NCBI GenBank assembly: GCA_049700835.1
Contig: JBNAUL010000002.1
Location: 142,129-206,128, forward strand
DNA length: 64,000 nucleotides
Direction: 5' to 3'
From: Candidatus Woesearchaeota archaeon
Lineage (GTDB): Archaea > Nanobdellota > Nanobdellia > Woesearchaeales > WAPY01
Below the pieces are notes generated by a model. It was not told the origin of the DNA. It worked only from the letters and a program-made list of their open reading frames with translations, and searched no databases. The position numbers and the translations under genes are program-made. This document shows, in pieces, positions 8,996 through 18,900 of this stretch (within the stretch, counting starts at the first letter, position 1; each line of letters opens with the position of its first letter).

Positions 8996-10558
8996 TTATG
9001 ACTTTTGCTCAGGTATTTCAAGAATTTCTCCATAGCCAATCAATCTATAACGGTCTCCTATTCTCCTAGATATCGTTGCCCTTGAATCCTTGTAAGCGCA
9101 GACAGGAATCAAAAGCTTGCAGGTTATTTCCTCAGGACTAAGCTTTACAACTATGCCGACTGTTGCTGTTGAATTGATGTTTATCATTAAATTTTCTCCT
9201 TGTTTTATTGGCTCAACAACAAGCTCATCCTGAGCCCCGACAACTCTTTCTAACAGGTGCAATCTTAATCTCAGGAATTCCCTTGTTGGAGGGGTCTTTC
9301 CTGGTTTTCCAACTATGTTTCCTGCTAAACTGTCTGATTTTACAATTGAAGGGTCTAGTTCTGTTAGAACTCCTATTGAGCCGCCAGGACCTACTTCCTC
9401 AACATCAAAGCCGCCTGTTTTTAAACCGATTATCTTTGTTTTTATCGGCTGCCAAAAAATCTTTCCATAACTCTCAACCTTTCTTCCTGGCTTAATTTCT
9501 ATTTCGTCTCCGACTCTAAGAATTCCTTGTTTTAAAGCCCCTCCAAGAACTCCTCCTTGAAGTTTAAAAGGCTCTGTTCCTGGCTTGTTAATGTCAAACG
9601 ACCTTGCCACAAACATCAAGGGTTCAACTTCCCTGTTTCTTTCAGGCACCTTAAAGCGCTCAACTATTGTCTTTATGAGCAAATCAATATTTATGTTTTG
9701 ATGCGCTGATATGGGAATTATTGGGGCGTTTTCATAAATCGTTGCTTTTAAAAAATTCTTTATTTCTTTATAATTTTTTAATGCTTCTTCCTTGCTTACA
9801 AGGTCAATCTTGTTTTGAACAACTATTATATCCTTAATTCCAATTATTTGCAGGGCTGTCAAGTGCTCTCGTGTTTGCGGTTGAGGACATGGTTCGTTGG
9901 CAGCGATTATCATTAAGGCATAGTCCATTATCGCTGCTCCTGAGAGCATTGTTGCCATCAAGCTTTCATGTCCAGGAGCATCAACAAAGCTTACCTTCCT
10001 CAAGAATTCTGTTCTAACTTTATGCACTTGGCAAAATTCTTCTTTTGTGTAAGCCTCAACTCCTTGGCATAGAGGACACTTCCTGAAGCTCACATCAGCA
10101 TACCCTAATCTTATTGTTATTCCTCTCTTTATTTCCTCGGAATGAGTGTCTGTCCATTTGCCACTGAGTTTTTCAGTTATCGTTGTCTTACCATGGTCAA
10201 CATGACCTACAAGCCCAATGTTGAACTCTGGCTGTTTTTTTGATTCCTCTTTTCTTTTTTCAATAAGCTCTCTTTCACTGAGTTCTTCTCTTTTTTGCAT
10301 TTGTTTTTTGCTTTCTTCTGCTTGTTTGACTTCTCTAACTTCTTCTATAATCTCTGCTTTTTTCTCTCTCTTTTTCCTTGTTTTTTTTTCTTTAATTTCT
10401 ATCTTCTTAGTTTCCTTTTCAGTTTTCTTTTTTTGCTTTTGCTCTTTTTCAATTAACTTTTTAGATTTTGCGCTCCTTTGATCTTTTGCTTTTTCAAAAT
10501 CTTCAGAAACTACTGAACTTTCAGATTCTTCTTTTGCAATCATATTCTTTCTTTGCAT
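8996..10558 (-). CDS. eif2g: translation initiation factor aIF2 gamma with ~110-aa Lys/Glu-rich N-terminal extension
   Basis: NIGLVGHVDHGKTT G-domain, zinc knuckle C..C, domains II and III. The canonical part starts near aa 113. An alternative internal start is Met87 (nt 10300). Confidence 0.93.
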   Translation of the reverse strand: MQRKNMIAKEESESSVVSEDFEKAKDQRSAKSKKLIEKEQKQKKKTEKETKKIEIKEKKTRKKREKKAEIIEEVREVKQAEESKKQMQKREELSERELIEKRKEESKKQPEFNIGLVGHVDHGKTTITEKLSGKWTDTHSEEIKRGITIRLGYADVSFRKCPLCQGVEAYTKEEFCQVHKVRTEFLRKVSFVDAPGHESLMATMLSGAAIMDYALMIIAANEPCPQPQTREHLTALQIIGIKDIIVVQNKIDLVSKEEALKNYKEIKNFLKATIYENAPIIPISAHQNINIDLLIKTIVERFKVPERNREVEPLMFVARSFDINKPGTEPFKLQGGVLGGALKQGILRVGDEIEIKPGRKVESYGKIFWQPIKTKIIGLKTGGFDVEEVGPGGSIGVLTELDPSIVKSDSLAGNIVGKPGKTPPTREFLRLRLHLLERVVGAQDELVVEPIKQGENLMININSTATVGIVVKLSPEEITCKLLIPVCAYKDSRATISRRIGDRYRLIGYGEILEIPEQKS

Positions 10559-10607
10559 TTTTATTCAACATTCATTCAATCTTTTTATCAATCTTTGCTA
10601 AGAAAAT

Positions 10608-11000
10608 CTACTTTTCCTTCGCTTGCTTTTCTTCTTTCTGTTCTTCTAATGGTTTTGTTCCGTATTCAATGATTTTAAGATTGATTTGAACTATCTTTGG
10701 GTGTATTGTGTTCCCGCAAACTGTTTTTCTGAGCTTTTTTCCTTTTTCCTTTATTCTAAATCCAACACCTTTTTCAGAGTAAATCCTCTTTCTTACAGGT
10801 CCTGAGATTTCTGCTCTCATTGGAAAACCAGCATAATCAGAGCCCCCTGTTATTTGAAATTTGTAACCAGAAAATCCAGGAAGTTCAACGATTTCCCCGA
10901 TTTTTTTGCCCAAGAAAACTGTTGCTTCCTTGTCCTTTGCGTTCTTCTTATATGTTTTTTTGTTCTTTGGATCAGCAATACTTAGTTTAAACTCAACCAT
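10608..11000 (-). CDS. rps6e: 30S ribosomal protein S6e
   Basis: MVEFKLSIADPKNKKTYKK...GFPMR... A GGTGG SD precedes ATG 11000. The track ORF begins at an upstream GTG. Confidence 0.9.
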   Translation of the reverse strand: MVEFKLSIADPKNKKTYKKNAKDKEATVFLGKKIGEIVELPGFSGYKFQITGGSDYAGFPMRAEISGPVRKRIYSEKGVGFRIKEKGKKLRKTVCGNTIHPKIVQINLKIIEYGTKPLEEQKEEKQAKEK

Positions 11001-11081
11001 CAAGACCACCCTTTCATTTTTTCATTGTTTTTTCATTGTTTTTGTTCTTTAAAACAAAATAGAATAGTTAATGCGGCTAAT

Positions 11082-11999
11082 TTAAAAAGTTTGTGTTTTG
11101 TTTGAGAAACAAAGCTCCTTCAGTTTCTCCACATAAGAGTTTTCTCCAAGCAGAATGTGAGGATTTTCCAGCGCAACCTTGATTTTCAATCTTTTTTCCA
11201 AAGGAATGCTGCAAATTCCTTCTTCTATTTCAGAAGCGTTGAACTCTGATATTTTTATCCACCCATTGTCAGTTTCTAAAGAAGGATTGTTTGAGAATAT
11301 TATCAAATTTATTTTTCTCTCAAGTTCAGATTCATTTTTGATATAATCTGAACTAAGTATAAGTTTTATCTTGCTGAAACCTGTTCCATAAGTGTTTCTA
11401 AGGTATTCCAATAGTTTTTCCTTGCTGTACTTTGCTGGAAAACCGAGCTGAGCAAGAAAACCAAATTTTGTAAGAACATAGTATGAGTTTTCAAATGTTT
11501 TTAGCAGTTCCTGACTTTGCTTAGACAATGCATCCTTTCTTTCCTTCCAAACATTATAGTTTCTTGTTTTCAAGCACAGAAATTTCTCAATCCAAAGAGC
11601 AAAGCCCTCATAGTTTTCATAATTGTTGCTTGAAATTCCAAGATTTTTTTCATTCTCATCTTTTTTGCAATAAAAAAATTCTTTGAATTCTTCTTGTCCT
11701 GCATCTTTTTGAATTTCCAAAGTTTTTCTCCCCAATCTTGAGTTTTCAATGAATAGCCCATGCCCAAAATAATTGTGGAGTATTTCAGGAATAAGGAATT
11801 TGCTTTGTTCGCAAACTATTGCAGAATACTCTTTTGGAATATATATGCCTTCTATGGTTTTATCAAGATTGTTTTTTTCCAAAAATTTTGACCAGTTCTC
11901 TTTTGAGTATAAGAGCAGTTTTGATTTTTTCAGTTCCAAATTTAAATCTAACTTTGCTGCTGAATACGCTTCTCCAAGGATTATTTCAAGTTCTTCCAT
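11082..11999 (-). CDS. hypothetical protein (contains an HNYFGH / EGFALW motif pair, function unknown)
   Basis: Long ORF with normal codon texture. No family recognised. Confidence 0.6.
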   Translation of the reverse strand: MEELEIILGEAYSAAKLDLNLELKKSKLLLYSKENWSKFLEKNNLDKTIEGIYIPKEYSAIVCEQSKFLIPEILHNYFGHGLFIENSRLGRKTLEIQKDAGQEEFKEFFYCKKDENEKNLGISSNNYENYEGFALWIEKFLCLKTRNYNVWKERKDALSKQSQELLKTFENSYYVLTKFGFLAQLGFPAKYSKEKLLEYLRNTYGTGFSKIKLILSSDYIKNESELERKINLIIFSNNPSLETDNGWIKISEFNASEIEEGICSIPLEKRLKIKVALENPHILLGENSYVEKLKELCFSNKTQTF

Positions 12000-12194
12000 T
12001 ACAGAGCTTCCCCTTTATCTTTCGTTGGCAAAAAAGAAAATAATAATTTAGGAAACCTTATGAAACCTATCTATTATATTCATGCTAAAAACAAAACCCA
12101 ATCCGTGCTTAAAGAAAGTTTATATTTAAGTATAAAAATTTTACTGCAAGAAATAAAAAAACAAAAAACAACATAAAAAATTTGCTCTTAACCC

Positions 12195-13196
12195 TTAATT
12201 AGCATTAAAATATATTTGAAGTATTTTAATAGCATCATCAATGTTTTTTTCGTTCACTCCGTTTATTTTTTCTATTTTTCTATTTCCTTTGTCAAGCATT
12301 ATTCTTATCTCTTCAGCGTCATTGTAGAAACCCTGTTTTGCAAAACGAATCTCTCTGCCAAGGTATAGGTAACTGAAACCTGTATTTAATCTAAGATTTT
12401 TTACATTCAACTTTGATTTTTCCTTGACTTCATCTAATAGCGTTTGTTTATAAGCATACAAGAAATTTTTGTTTTCAAAAGCATTTACTATATTTTCATT
12501 GACTTCTTTGTCATCAAAACCTGAATAAAATATGTTAAAATTATTTCCAAGTTCTAAAACAATGGCTTTTTTTGGATAACAAACGCTTGAGTCATAGTAG
12601 AGTTTTATTCTGTCGTTTTTTTCATTTTGAACATAAACCGCTCTTTCAGAGTTAAAGAGCATTTGCAGTTTTCCTTGATCAAAAAACATTTTTTTGACTA
12701 TGTTTCTTGCAAGTTCAGGATTTTCGCTGTATTCTTCCAAAAACTCCAAAAGCTTTGTTGAATTCAATAATTTTGGTTCAAACTCTTGGAGTTCTAAACC
12801 ATAATTCCTTCCAATGCGGTCTTTTATTTTTAGCCAATAATCATTCAAGTACCAGTTTATTTCTGATAGATATTCTATTATTTTTTCAGGTCTTAACTTT
12901 GTTGTGTTTGGTTTAACACTAAAATTTTCCTTGTTCTCCTTGTCAAATTCAATCTTAATTTCCAGCTCGTCTCCTGTTGGTTTTTTGTAATCTATTATTA
13001 AAACATTATCCTTATCTTTTTCTTTGCGTACTTGCAGCTCTCCAATTCTCCTATATTTAAAGTCCTTGAGCACTTCAAAAAGGTATCCTTCCAAACATTC
13101 TATGTTATCCTTTGTCATGTTACTCATGCTATTCATAAGGTTTTTAATGTTGTCTGAAAATTCGTTTATGCTTTCTTCAAGATTTTTTAAAGCCAT
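12195..13196 (-). CDS. hypothetical protein
   Basis: 333-aa ORF with no recognisable motif. An oligo-T tract follows its stop. Confidence 0.6.
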   Translation of the reverse strand: MALKNLEESINEFSDNIKNLMNSMSNMTKDNIECLEGYLFEVLKDFKYRRIGELQVRKEKDKDNVLIIDYKKPTGDELEIKIEFDKENKENFSVKPNTTKLRPEKIIEYLSEINWYLNDYWLKIKDRIGRNYGLELQEFEPKLLNSTKLLEFLEEYSENPELARNIVKKMFFDQGKLQMLFNSERAVYVQNEKNDRIKLYYDSSVCYPKKAIVLELGNNFNIFYSGFDDKEVNENIVNAFENKNFLYAYKQTLLDEVKEKSKLNVKNLRLNTGFSYLYLGREIRFAKQGFYNDAEEIRIMLDKGNRKIEKINGVNEKNIDDAIKILQIYFNAN

Positions 13197-13383
13197 AAAA
13201 ACACCCCTTCATGATTTTTAACATAATTTTTTTAACATGATTTAATTAAAATAATTAAGCATGATGTTGAATTATAACATCGAATGATTTACTTTTTAAC
13301 AGGCAACTATTATATAAAGCTTTCGTTTAATCATTTTTCAGTCATTATTTTTATTTAGCGCTTTAGAGTTTATTAATTTGATT

Positions 13384-13433
13384 TAATTCATTTTATTTAT
13401 TTAATTCATTTAATTCATTTGTCTAATTCATTT
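13384..13433 (+). repeat. four direct copies of TAATTCATTT in a divergent intergenic region
   Basis: Copies at 13384, 13402, 13411 and 13424. Degenerate copies (TAATCATTT, GTCATTATT) lie at 13327-13350. Confidence 0.6.
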
Positions 13434-13475
13434 ATCAATACTTTTTTATAGTTGAACCTAATTATTTTTAGTGCT

Positions 13476-14390
13476 ATGGAAAATGAATTGGACAAGGAAA
13501 CTATTGAAAAGTACAGGAAAGCAGGTTCTATTGCTGCAAAGGCCCTTAACTATGGAAAGGGTTTAGTGAAAGAAGGTGTTTCATTGGTTTATGTTATGGA
13601 TGAAATTGAAAAAAAGATAATAAGTTTAGGAGGGGAAATCGCTTTTCCTGCTCAGATAAGTTTGAACAATGTTGCTGCCCATTATTGTTCTGTTGATGAA
13701 AAAGAAGTATTCAAGCAAGAGGATGTTGTAAAGATAGACATAGGAAGTCATGTTGATGGCTATATAGGAGATTGCGCATTGACTGTTTATTTAGGGGAAA
13801 GCGAAAATTTAAAAAAACTCCTTGAATCCTCAAGATTGGCTTTGGAGAACGCTCTTAAGATTTTGAGGGCTGGAGTTAAAATCTCAGAAATAGGTAGAGA
13901 GATTCAAAAGACAATAGCGTCCTTTGGTTTTTATCCTGTAAGGAATCTTTCTGGGCATGGGCTTGAAAAGTTTAACCTACATGCAGAACCTTCAATTCCT
14001 AATTATGACACAAGCAGCAATATCATTATAAAAAACAACAGCGTAGTTGCAATAGAACCTTTTTCAAGCACAGGCATCGGCATTGTAGGAGATTCAGGAA
14101 CAGCAAGCGTTTTTTCAATGATAAGGAGCAAACCTGTGAGAAATATTACAGCAAGAAAGATTTTGAAGGAGATTGAATCTTACAACGGACTTCCATTTAC
14201 AACAAGATGGTTCTACAGAAAATATTCTAAAATTTTGGTTGACAATGCAATAAAAGAATTTCTCAACAACCAAATAATTTCAGAGTACAAGCCATTGAGC
14301 GACATAGGTAAGGGAATTGTTGCGCAGTTTGAACACACAGCGATTGTAACTGATGAAAAAACAATAGTAACAACCATGCTTGACGACTAA
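13476..14390 (+). CDS. map: methionine aminopeptidase, type 2 (archaeal)
   Basis: KAGSIAAKAL...DIGSHVDGYIGDCA...GHG...EHT metal-ligand pattern. ATG 13476 is preferred over the TTG at 13452. Confidence 0.93.
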   Translation: MENELDKETIEKYRKAGSIAAKALNYGKGLVKEGVSLVYVMDEIEKKIISLGGEIAFPAQISLNNVAAHYCSVDEKEVFKQEDVVKIDIGSHVDGYIGDCALTVYLGESENLKKLLESSRLALENALKILRAGVKISEIGREIQKTIASFGFYPVRNLSGHGLEKFNLHAEPSIPNYDTSSNIIIKNNSVVAIEPFSSTGIGIVGDSGTASVFSMIRSKPVRNITARKILKEIESYNGLPFTTRWFYRKYSKILVDNAIKEFLNNQIISEYKPLSDIGKGIVAQFEHTAIVTDEKTIVTTMLDD

Positions 14391-14501
14391 ATTCTTTTAA
14401 TGATTTGAGATTAGACACTCAGAAATACTCAAAAATTTTAGAATTCACTTTCAATGCAATTTAAAATATTTTGTTCATTTACATTTATTAATTTATTATA
14501 T

Positions 14502-14930
14502 TTATTGGTTTTCTGTTGTTTGGGTTTCCTTTGCAGGGGTAACCTTTCTGTTGAGTTCAGAAACCCACATGTTGCCTATTCTGACTAACTCTGTGTTGAA
14601 AGCATTTGAAAGTTTGTATGTTTTTTTGTAAAGATCATAATATATAAGCCCCATGCTTTTCATAGGAGTTAGAATTCTGTCATAGAACTGCCTCTTGTTG
14701 TAACTTAGCTTGACCTTTTTTCCAGTAAAAGGTTCTCTGTCAATTACAGTTACAAGTTTTCCTTCGTGAAGTTTTGTTGCAAAATCAGACATTTCAGGTT
14801 TTGTAAGTTCTCCCTTATGGAGTTTCATTTCCCTTACCAATGCCTTAGCAACAATTATCTGCTGTTCTGTTGCAAAGATTATCTCGTATATGTCTTCAGG
14901 AAGATTAAATCTATCAAATAGTACTACCAT
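14502..14930 (-). CDS. hypothetical protein
   Basis: 142-aa ORF with no motif recognised. Confidence 0.55.
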   Translation of the reverse strand: MVVLFDRFNLPEDIYEIIFATEQQIIVAKALVREMKLHKGELTKPEMSDFATKLHEGKLVTVIDREPFTGKKVKLSYNKRQFYDRILTPMKSMGLIYYDLYKKTYKLSNAFNTELVRIGNMWVSELNRKVTPAKETQTTENQ

Positions 14931-15178
14931 AAAAATGCACCCCCTAAAATTTTGTTAAAACAAACTAATATATAAATTTTATTATTTTCTATATTGATTT
15001 ATTTTTAGCATAGATTAGTTTTATAAAAAATGCAAATACCTCAAAACTTATTTAACCACTACATAGTGCTAAAAAATAAAAAGATTTATAAACTCAGCTT
15101 GAATACTCCTTCTTAGAGAAACTCTTAAAGAAACTCATAATAGATTTTAACAGATTTCAAAATTGATTGGGGGTTTTC

Positions 15179-15844
15179 ATGAAAGGGCTAATTTTTGCTT
15201 TGATAGTAATCGCTTCATTTGCATTGGGTCTAATTTTTGGAACTATTGCAAGGGTGAATTCTATTCAGAGAGAAAATGCTGTAAGTTGGATAGATGAAAT
15301 TGCAGGCAGTAATAGCAAAAATCATCAAGAGAATTATTATGATAGAAGCAATGCAAATAGCACAAACAAAGAGATCTGTGAGTTGAACAAAACATGTTCT
15401 GAAATACTGAGTCCTGTTGCAATAAACGAAAAGCAAGAAACGAGTAATGCTAAAAATGAAAAGGAAAACTCAAGGGTTTCAAAAGGACCTATTGATAGGA
15501 TTAAGGAAAACCAAATACAGGTTTTCAGTGATAAGATAGTAATTTATCTTCAAAATGCTGAATGGGCTTCTTTCACTCCAACTGGTTCAATGGAGCCTGT
15601 GCTTAACGAGTACGCAAATGCAATACAGATTGTTCCTAAATCAGAAGATGAAATCTATATAGGAGATATAATTTCATACGAGTCAGAATATGCTGAAGGA
15701 ATCATAATACACAGGGTAGTAGAAATTGGTTATGACAAAGAAGGGTGGTATTGCATTGCAAAAGGCGACAACAACCCCAAAAAAGACCCTGGGAAGATAA
15801 GGTTCTCGCAAATAAAGAGAATTCTTGTTGCAATAATTTACTAA
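15179..15844 (+). CDS. signal peptidase I (archaeal/ER type S26B) with long linker after the TM anchor
   Basis: N-terminal TM segment, catalytic TGSMEP and IIHRV, then GDNN. About 110 aa of low-complexity linker separates the TM segment from the catalytic domain. Confidence 0.8.
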   Translation: MKGLIFALIVIASFALGLIFGTIARVNSIQRENAVSWIDEIAGSNSKNHQENYYDRSNANSTNKEICELNKTCSEILSPVAINEKQETSNAKNEKENSRVSKGPIDRIKENQIQVFSDKIVIYLQNAEWASFTPTGSMEPVLNEYANAIQIVPKSEDEIYIGDIISYESEYAEGIIIHRVVEIGYDKEGWYCIAKGDNNPKKDPGKIRFSQIKRILVAIIY

Positions 15845-15863
15845 TTCAAAAAATTTAGATAGC

Positions 15864-16127
15864 ATGCATCAGGAAAGATTTATAAATTCTCAAGAATTAA
15901 AATGTGCTATGCTCAACTTTGTCTTAAAGTTGAAAAAGCAAAAGCAAAAGGAAAAATCCAAAAAAGAGGATGCGAGCGTTAAATACGGAAAGTGTGAACT
16001 CTGTGGAAGCGAATTGGTCAAAATAGGAGAGAAGGTCATAGGAACAACAAAATACATTCTGCTTAAATGCAGCAAGTGTAACAGAGAAGTAGCAAGGGAC
16101 ATAGAAAATTTAAAACAGGTTGAATGA
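15864..16127 (+). CDS. small zinc-ribbon protein, hypothetical
   Basis: CELCGSEL...KCSKCNREV. Confidence 0.45.
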   Translation: MHQERFINSQELKCAMLNFVLKLKKQKQKEKSKKEDASVKYGKCELCGSELVKIGEKVIGTTKYILLKCSKCNREVARDIENLKQVE

Positions 16128-16139
16128 GTTTGTTTTTAT

Positions 16140-16898
16140 TCATTTTATTGTTTCTTTCTTAACACTGTTTAAACTGTTTATTCTGCGGAAATCCAATCCA
16201 TAGCTTAAAAAGTTCTCAAGCAGGAATTTGCGGTTCCTATTGAAGTATTCTCTTAAAACAATTAAAGGAAATATTTTTATATTTTTAATTTCTGAATGCT
16301 CATAGAAGTTTTTTATAAGCAATAAGTCTGTTTCGCTATCTCCAAGATAAACAATGCTTTCCTTAATTTTCATACTTTCAATCATCTTTTCAAGAACTCT
16401 ATAATCAGGTTTTACAAAATCATAACTTGAATTGTGAATTACAAAATCTTTTCTTATTTTCAGATTTATTTCATGCTCTATCTTTTTTATTTCTGCAAAA
16501 GCAATCTCTTCTTGGCTTTGAGTTATTATTCCTATCTTTGTTCCTTTTTCAGATAACTCTTTAAGAATGCGTACATCATCATAAACCTTTAAACTCTTTA
16601 TTCTCTTTTCCAACAAATCCTTGCGCTTTTCAATCCTGTGGTATTCCTGCCAAAAATATTCCCTGTCGAAATCCATTGATTTTTTAGCATACAAATCTTT
16701 TATCATCTCTTCTCTTTTCGCATTGTAAAACAAATCCGTTGCTGTTCTTTTATTCAAATGTTCGCTCTTGCCAATCAGATTAAGCGCTTTGAAAACTTCT
16801 TCAAACAATTCCTTGCAGTATTCATCGCTAACTTTAACCAAGGTACCGTCTAAATCAGAAACCACTGCTTCCAATCCTGATTTGCATTTCTTTTTCAT
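16140..16898 (-). CDS. HAD-superfamily hydrolase
   Basis: Motif I VVSDLDGTLV and a C-terminal GDSETD motif. Confidence 0.8.
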   Translation of the reverse strand: MKKKCKSGLEAVVSDLDGTLVKVSDEYCKELFEEVFKALNLIGKSEHLNKRTATDLFYNAKREEMIKDLYAKKSMDFDREYFWQEYHRIEKRKDLLEKRIKSLKVYDDVRILKELSEKGTKIGIITQSQEEIAFAEIKKIEHEINLKIRKDFVIHNSSYDFVKPDYRVLEKMIESMKIKESIVYLGDSETDLLLIKNFYEHSEIKNIKIFPLIVLREYFNRNRKFLLENFLSYGLDFRRINSLNSVKKETIK

Positions 16899-17100
16899 AT
16901 TTCCGATGGTAACAACGCTTTTAATTATTTTTCTGCTTAATGTTACTACTGAAAAGATTTAAAACTTTTTAAAGTTTTTGATGAAAAATATTTTCAGCAA
17001 AATGCTTAAATGAAAAGGATTTAGGAAGAACAGCATTTGCTGCTTGGTTGGAATTTAACAAGAGAAGTTTTCAGCAGCAATTATTGTTCTTATTTGCGTT

Positions 17101-17433
17101 CTATTTGTTGTTTATAAAATCATCTATAACCCTTTTTAGATGGTGCTTTGGAGCAAAACCTACAAAATTTCCAACAAGGTTTCCATTCTTGAAGAATAGA
17201 AGGGTAGGAATACCCTTTATTTTATACATCTCTGAAAGTTCTGGATTTTCCTCTGTGTTTATCTTGTAGATTTTTAGAATACCTTGATATTCAGCAGAGA
17301 ACTCCTCTAAAACACGGCTCAATGCTTTGCAAGGATGGCACCAATCAGCCCAGAAATCAACAACAACAGGAATGTCTGATTCCAAAACCTCTTTTTTGAA
17401 AATCTCCAAATCACTCAATTTTGCTTGCTGCAT
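17101..17433 (-). CDS. trxA: thioredoxin (active site WCHPC)
   Basis: VVVDFWADWCHPCKAL...GIPTLLFFKNG. A TATA-like TTTAAATAAG lies upstream on the minus strand. Confidence 0.9.
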   Translation of the reverse strand: MQQAKLSDLEIFKKEVLESDIPVVVDFWADWCHPCKALSRVLEEFSAEYQGILKIYKINTEENPELSEMYKIKGIPTLLFFKNGNLVGNFVGFAPKHHLKRVIDDFINNK

Positions 17434-17555
17434 GTTTTTTATAAAATATAGCTTATTTAAATATGTAGCGGTTGTGTTATTATTAACTCCATACTCGCAA
17501 AAATCGCAGCAAATCCCAGCAGGATTGCGGGAATTGCATCAGGACTTGCAATAGA

Positions 17556-18479
17556 TTACAGCGGGGCTATTTTTGCCAATTCCTTGTCAATCTCCTTTGT
17601 AAGCATTTCTGCCTTCTTTTCAAGCGCTTCAATGCTTGCATTTTCTAAATCTCTATCAGAATTTTCATAACCTATGTCCTTAAGAAGCCTTTCAAATGCG
17701 TTAAAGAATATTTCTGCAATCGTTTCCTTCTTTGCTGAAAGCTTCTCAAGTTCAGAAAGTTTGAAAAGCCTTTTATCTCTTAACACAAGCTTTTTATTGA
17801 ACTCTCTCAAATTCCTGAATCCTTTTTTTCTGTGTTCAATAATCCTTGAAATTCCAAGAATGATTTTTGCTTGCGGTATTATTTCTTGTTCAGAGAGTTT
17901 CAAAAGCACTTCTCTGTTTTTTATTGCCATAAATTCTCTTTGCTTGTCAATGATTTCAAGCATTTCAAGGATAGAACCCTGAATGTTTTCTCCCTTCAAT
18001 TCATCTATGAAATGTTCAAGGCGGTTGCTCAATTCCTGATAAAAATCTGCTTCAACAATCAAGTCCTTTAGGATTTCCTCTGTGTTCTGCCTTGCCTCAA
18101 GATTTTCTTCTCTGTTAAGATTTAGTTTTTCAATTGAAAGGAGTATGTTCTTTATGATGTAAATCTCCAATTTCAAGAGCCTTAATTTCTTTGCAATCTT
18201 TTCATTAAGCTTATTAAGTTTCTTCGCATACTTTGCTATTGAAAATGCAAGCGCTACGCTCAAACTCTTATTTTTATCCAAAATGCTGCTAAAATGAATA
18301 TCCCATTCATCTTCATTTTGATTTATTGCAGCAATTCTGTTATAATTTTTTGTTTCTTTGATGTATTTTTTCAACAGGGCAACAAGAATATTGATTATTC
18401 TCTGCTCCTCTATCAGAATTTCCTTTGTATCCGTTTTAATAAGGTTGCTTAACATTCTTAAATAAATAAAAACCTTCAC
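17556..18479 (-). CDS. hypothetical helical/coiled-coil protein
   Basis: 307-aa ORF with heptad-like K/E/L-rich sequence. No family recognised. Confidence 0.55.
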   Translation of the reverse strand: MKVFIYLRMLSNLIKTDTKEILIEEQRIINILVALLKKYIKETKNYNRIAAINQNEDEWDIHFSSILDKNKSLSVALAFSIAKYAKKLNKLNEKIAKKLRLLKLEIYIIKNILLSIEKLNLNREENLEARQNTEEILKDLIVEADFYQELSNRLEHFIDELKGENIQGSILEMLEIIDKQREFMAIKNREVLLKLSEQEIIPQAKIILGISRIIEHRKKGFRNLREFNKKLVLRDKRLFKLSELEKLSAKKETIAEIFFNAFERLLKDIGYENSDRDLENASIEALEKKAEMLTKEIDKELAKIAPL

Positions 18480-18538
18480 TATTTAAAACTTTTATTAGAA
18501 ATTTACGAGTAATAAAAAGCAATAAAAAATCTTTTCAG

Positions 18539-18883
18539 TTACTTTATACTTGTCACAATAAAGTTTTTTCTGTCAAACTTTCCTGAGAGGATAACATTCG
18601 CATTCTTGCTCATTGAATAATTTTTATGAAGCTTGTCTTTGAACGCAATCCCGTTTACTATGCTGCAAACCTCAAACTTGAAGCTTATTTTGTTTTCGTC
18701 CTCAGAAAAAGAAACAATCCTTCCTGAAACAAGAATCTCTTCTGTTTCCCTGTCAGAGAATTTTGCAACAACAAGCTCCTTATTGTTTGGTTTCATAAAT
18801 TCAAAAACAAACGCAATCACCAAAATTCCTATCAAGCTTGCCATGAATGACAATTTTGTAAGGACTCTCTTGTTAAGCATCAT
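18539..18883 (-). CDS. hypothetical membrane-anchored protein
   Basis: N-terminal TM segment (SFMASLIGILVIAFVF) followed by a beta-rich domain. Confidence 0.5.
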   Translation of the reverse strand: MMLNKRVLTKLSFMASLIGILVIAFVFEFMKPNNKELVVAKFSDRETEEILVSGRIVSFSEDENKISFKFEVCSIVNGIAFKDKLHKNYSMSKNANVILSGKFDRKNFIVTSIK

Positions 18884-18900
18884 TTTACTTTTTTTTTATT

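Noticed and set aside
10218-10689. Plus-strand ORFs (87 aa and 73 aa) opposite the eif2g 5' region. Similar antisense ORFs lie at 1317-1723, 34729-35013 and 51221-51684.
   Set aside because: They lie antisense to Lys/Glu-rich purine tracts, which are stop-free in every frame. Their translations are poly-F/L/S low-complexity strings, so they are artefacts.
17470-17556. Moderately GC-rich segment with two short hairpins (GCAAATCC..GGATTGC and ATTGCA..TGCAAT) between the 307-aa orphan and trxA, considered as an sRNA.
   Set aside because: The stems are short and there is no promoter-like element at a suitable distance. The position fits a 3' UTR or terminator region of the upstream minus-strand gene.
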